DNA of 64,000 nt from Catajapyx aquilonaris (lineage: Eukaryota). The stretch covers positions 1-64,000 of the forward strand of contig JYFJ02001842.1 in NCBI GenBank assembly GCA_000934665.2, read 5' to 3'. The position numbers and the translations under genes were made by a program. How positions within the stretch are numbered: the first letter of the stretch is position 1; each line of letters opens with the position of its first letter. Of this stretch, positions 62,601 through 64,000 are shown in pieces. The notes under the pieces were generated by a model. That model did no database searches. It saw only the letters and a list, made by a program, of their open reading frames with translations, and was not told where the DNA came from.

Positions 62601-64000
62601 GGAGGGTTTGTTTGAACATAGTGCACCAAAAAGAAAATGCCAATGTACACACTGGAAAGGCTTAGATGAGACTGTAGACAAGACCGTCAACAGCCAGTGT
62701 GAATGGTCCTTCCTGAAGAGTCAGGCGTATACTTGTTGTCCAAGTGAAACCTAGCATGATTTAATTATGTGACTTTGATTGGCAGTGAAACCACGGCTCA
62801 AGAAGTGATTCGATCTCTGCTCAAGAAGTTCAAGGTGGTTGACAACCCAAGGAAGTTTGCTCTCTATGAGAGATACTATGATCATGGGGAGACCACAAAA
62901 GGTAATGGTTATACACCATGCAACAGTATTGAGGAGTTACATTTGGAGTTTGACATTTTGCTGAGAGCCATGACTATTCCAGTGAAGATGCGTCTAATTG
63001 CGGACAATGAGAGGCCCTTGATTCTTGCTCTGCTGTGGGGATGTGAACAGAACTGCAACAAGCGGTTCGTCCTGCAGGAAAACGAAACTGGGGACATATT
63101 GGTGAGTCTTGTCAGAGTGTTTAGTGACCTTAAGCTTAATGTGTTCCTCATTCTTTTTACACACTTTATTGATGAAAAAATAACACACACTGTTCTTCAG
63201 TATCTCTGCAAAGATGTTCAGGTTTACATTGGGTTTTGCCATTTCTTAGTTTCTGCTTTAGCCATTTTCCAACCTATAAAAAAGAAAATTATTGAAAGTT
63301 CCTAAAGTTTTCAGATGCCACTAAAAATTTAAAACAAAAAATTGCAGATTGTAACTTTCAAATCTGGATTTTCGCAAGTCAGAATGCTGCAAATACGAAA
63401 AGGCTGTGCTGAGAGCATAATTATAACATCATTAAGAACAACCTCTCCTAAAAATTACTGCTTCAGGTTCTTTATCAAAACCTGTCTTGGTTACATCGTT
63501 TCTAAGAAATGGTGCTCAATAACATATAAAAAGTTAGGTTGAAAAATCTCAAGTAGCTTCACAAAGTTGAAGACTGTTTTTTGCACTAATGGAAAATCAG
63601 CTTCATGGATTTTTGAGAATTTTAATTGCACTTACATACTCTGAACTTCTTTGATGGCCCTTTGACGATCTTAGTTATCGCAGTTCTGCAATAAAACTCC
63701 TTGAAAAAAAGTTGTTCTTAAGTCCCGGAATGTTCTCTTGGCAAGTTCTTTGCAATTCATAACGAGCTGTGCACGTGACATTTTAACCAACATCTGGTGC
63801 TTCTTGCAGTGGGAAGCGTTCACCCTTCCAGAACTGAACAACTTCCTAAAAATTCTGGACCGTGAGGAGGAGGAATACAAGCGACAGGTGCGTCAAAAGT
63901 ACAAGCTGATGGAACTGAAGATCAGGGAGGCAATGGAAAGGCTGTGTCCAGCACAGGGAGACGAAGCAGCATCGCAAGATCTTGTGACCCTTCGCCCCAA
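32660..64000 (+). CDS. RASSF1: Ras association domain family protein of the RASSF1/RASSF5 type (C1 + RA + SARAH); 3' end runs off the window
   Basis: Exons 32660-32722, 33475-33711, 41809-41935, 58694-58893, 59613-59723, 61101-61291, 62786-62901, 62983-63101 and 63810->64000 are phase-consistent. C1: 'GHNFQP...PTWCDRCGDLVWGL...LRCR|NCNFTCHQGCRQAVTLDC'. RA region: 'GFIRVHLNLTRPINV', 'TFYLPRDTVRALHVTSETTAQEVIRSLLKKFKVVDNPRKFALYE'. SARAH: 'FVLQENETGDILWEAFTLPELNNFLKILDREEEEY'. Confidence 0.92.
34069..36518. mobile_element. Composite foldback / nested non-autonomous DNA element
   Basis: Three inverted-repeat pairs (34069-34203/36384-36518; 34196-34280/35289-35380; 35391-35564/36195-36367) and one direct repeat of about 420 bp (34406-34823/35602-36042). 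Confidence 0.85.
37319..37594 (+). CDS. Candidate symmetric (phase 0/0) cassette exon of the RASSF gene, 92 codons
   Basis: GTGCTTAG|GAT...GAAGAG|GTAAAT, 276 nt and stop-free. Lies in the phase-0 intron between exons ending at 33711 and starting at 41809. Confidence 0.4.
38001..38094. repeat. Short inverted repeat / mini-MITE
   Basis: Perfect 20-bp arms CAACCTGGTGTGAGTCCATA / TATGGACTCACACCAGGTTG around an AT-rich core of TCCATA repeats. Confidence 0.7.
38329..38607 (-). mobile_element. tRNA-derived SINE, family A, copy 2
   Basis: Aligns with 31215-31405 (TAGGGACGGAAGGAAG..GGGAAACCACAGAAAACCACGGTCAG..CCCGATTAGCAGTCGGA..CTGCTTCGG). Perfect 18-bp TSD TATATTCTGGAGATTATT at 38311-38328 and 38608-38625. 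Confidence 0.9.
39037..39286. mobile_element. MITE with ~30-bp TIRs (possibly PIF/Harbinger-like)
   Basis: TGAGGGGGTTAAAATCAAAAACCGACAGCTCC / GGAGCTGTTGGTTTTTGATTTTAACCCCCTCA. Confidence 0.7.
40353..40763. mobile_element. TTAA-specific MITE, Kolobok-like
   Basis: TTAA|AGGGAC..CCACTCAAAA...TCCCAGGGCGAGG and its inverse ...GTCCCT|TTAA, with TIRs of about 110 bp. TTAA TSD plus purine-purine termini fits Kolobok rather than piggyBac (CCC termini). Confidence 0.8.
51617..52274 (+). CDS. Alternative first coding exon of the RASSF gene (219 codons + 1 nt)
   Basis: CAAC-ATG-G start context and GC3-rich, coding-like ORF. Donor CAG|GTAGGA in phase 1 matches the 58694 acceptor. Begins MGLTES. Confidence 0.7.
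58385..58472 (+). CDS. Candidate alternative first exon of the RASSF gene (MARGHRMTRKNICGQAIFRKKALRIFTRL)
   Basis: ATG at 58385, donor TAG|GTAATT in phase 1, 221 nt upstream of the 58694 acceptor. Confidence 0.4.
59508..59534 (+). CDS. Candidate 27-nt microexon of the RASSF gene (CYRDENGNF)
   Basis: CCTTTCAG|TGC...TTT|GTAAGC, phase 0/0, 78 nt upstream of exon 59613. Confidence 0.55.
60224..60295 (+). CDS. Candidate alternative start exon for a short RA+SARAH isoform (MATGVDDGVLQRRLPTLPKDSKDK)
   Basis: ACCATGG start context, 24 codons, donor AAA|GTATGC in phase 0 matching the 61101 acceptor. Confidence 0.45.
61370..61684. mobile_element. Tc1/pogo-type non-autonomous element (CAGTAGAACC termini), copy 2, internally deleted
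   Basis: TA|CAGTAGAACCCCGATTATCC ... GATAAATGGGGTTCTA(TCTA)CTG. The first ~190 bp are similar to 22056-22250. Confidence 0.65.
62080..62549. mobile_element. hAT-type MITE
   Basis: TIRs CAGTGGCGGATTT / AAATCCGCCCCTG with a perfect 8-bp TSD CATCTTAG at 62072-62079 and 62550-62557. Confidence 0.85.

Noticed and set aside
1..64000. CRISPR array, prokaryotic operon or defence system, autonomous transposase or reverse transcriptase
   Set aside because: No regularly spaced repeat-spacer array, and no DDE, RT or integrase motifs in any listed ORF; the genes are spliceosomal-intron type.

Overview
This is eukaryotic, intron-containing animal DNA, most likely arthropod (inferred from an ionotropic-receptor gene, short GT-AG introns and tRNA-derived SINEs). 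There are no prokaryotic features. Manually spliced models give, left to right: (1) a 3-exon divergent ionotropic receptor (minus, 453-2375); (2) a 2-exon stand-alone PARP/ART-fold protein that appears to lack the NAD-binding His (plus, 5124-6051); (3) a run of small spliced orphan ORFs (minus, about 6.3-9.4 kb); (4) an 8-exon, 731-aa repeat-containing disordered protein with a hydrophobic C-terminal tail, whose introns are all phase 0 (minus, 9677-12960); (5) ceramide kinase (plus, 18818-27131), with a second candidate first exon at 17420 that would swap the start of the PH domain; (6) a RASSF1/5-type C1-RA-SARAH gene (plus, 32660 to beyond the window end). The 16.8-kb intron that splits the RASSF C1 domain holds several candidate phase-1 alternative first exons, two starting with lipidation-type motifs. 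Introns carry three SINEs with intact TSDs, many MITEs (mariner/Tc1-, hAT-, Kolobok- and PIF-like) and a 2.45-kb nested foldback composite. All gene models were read by eye and need RNA-seq confirmation.
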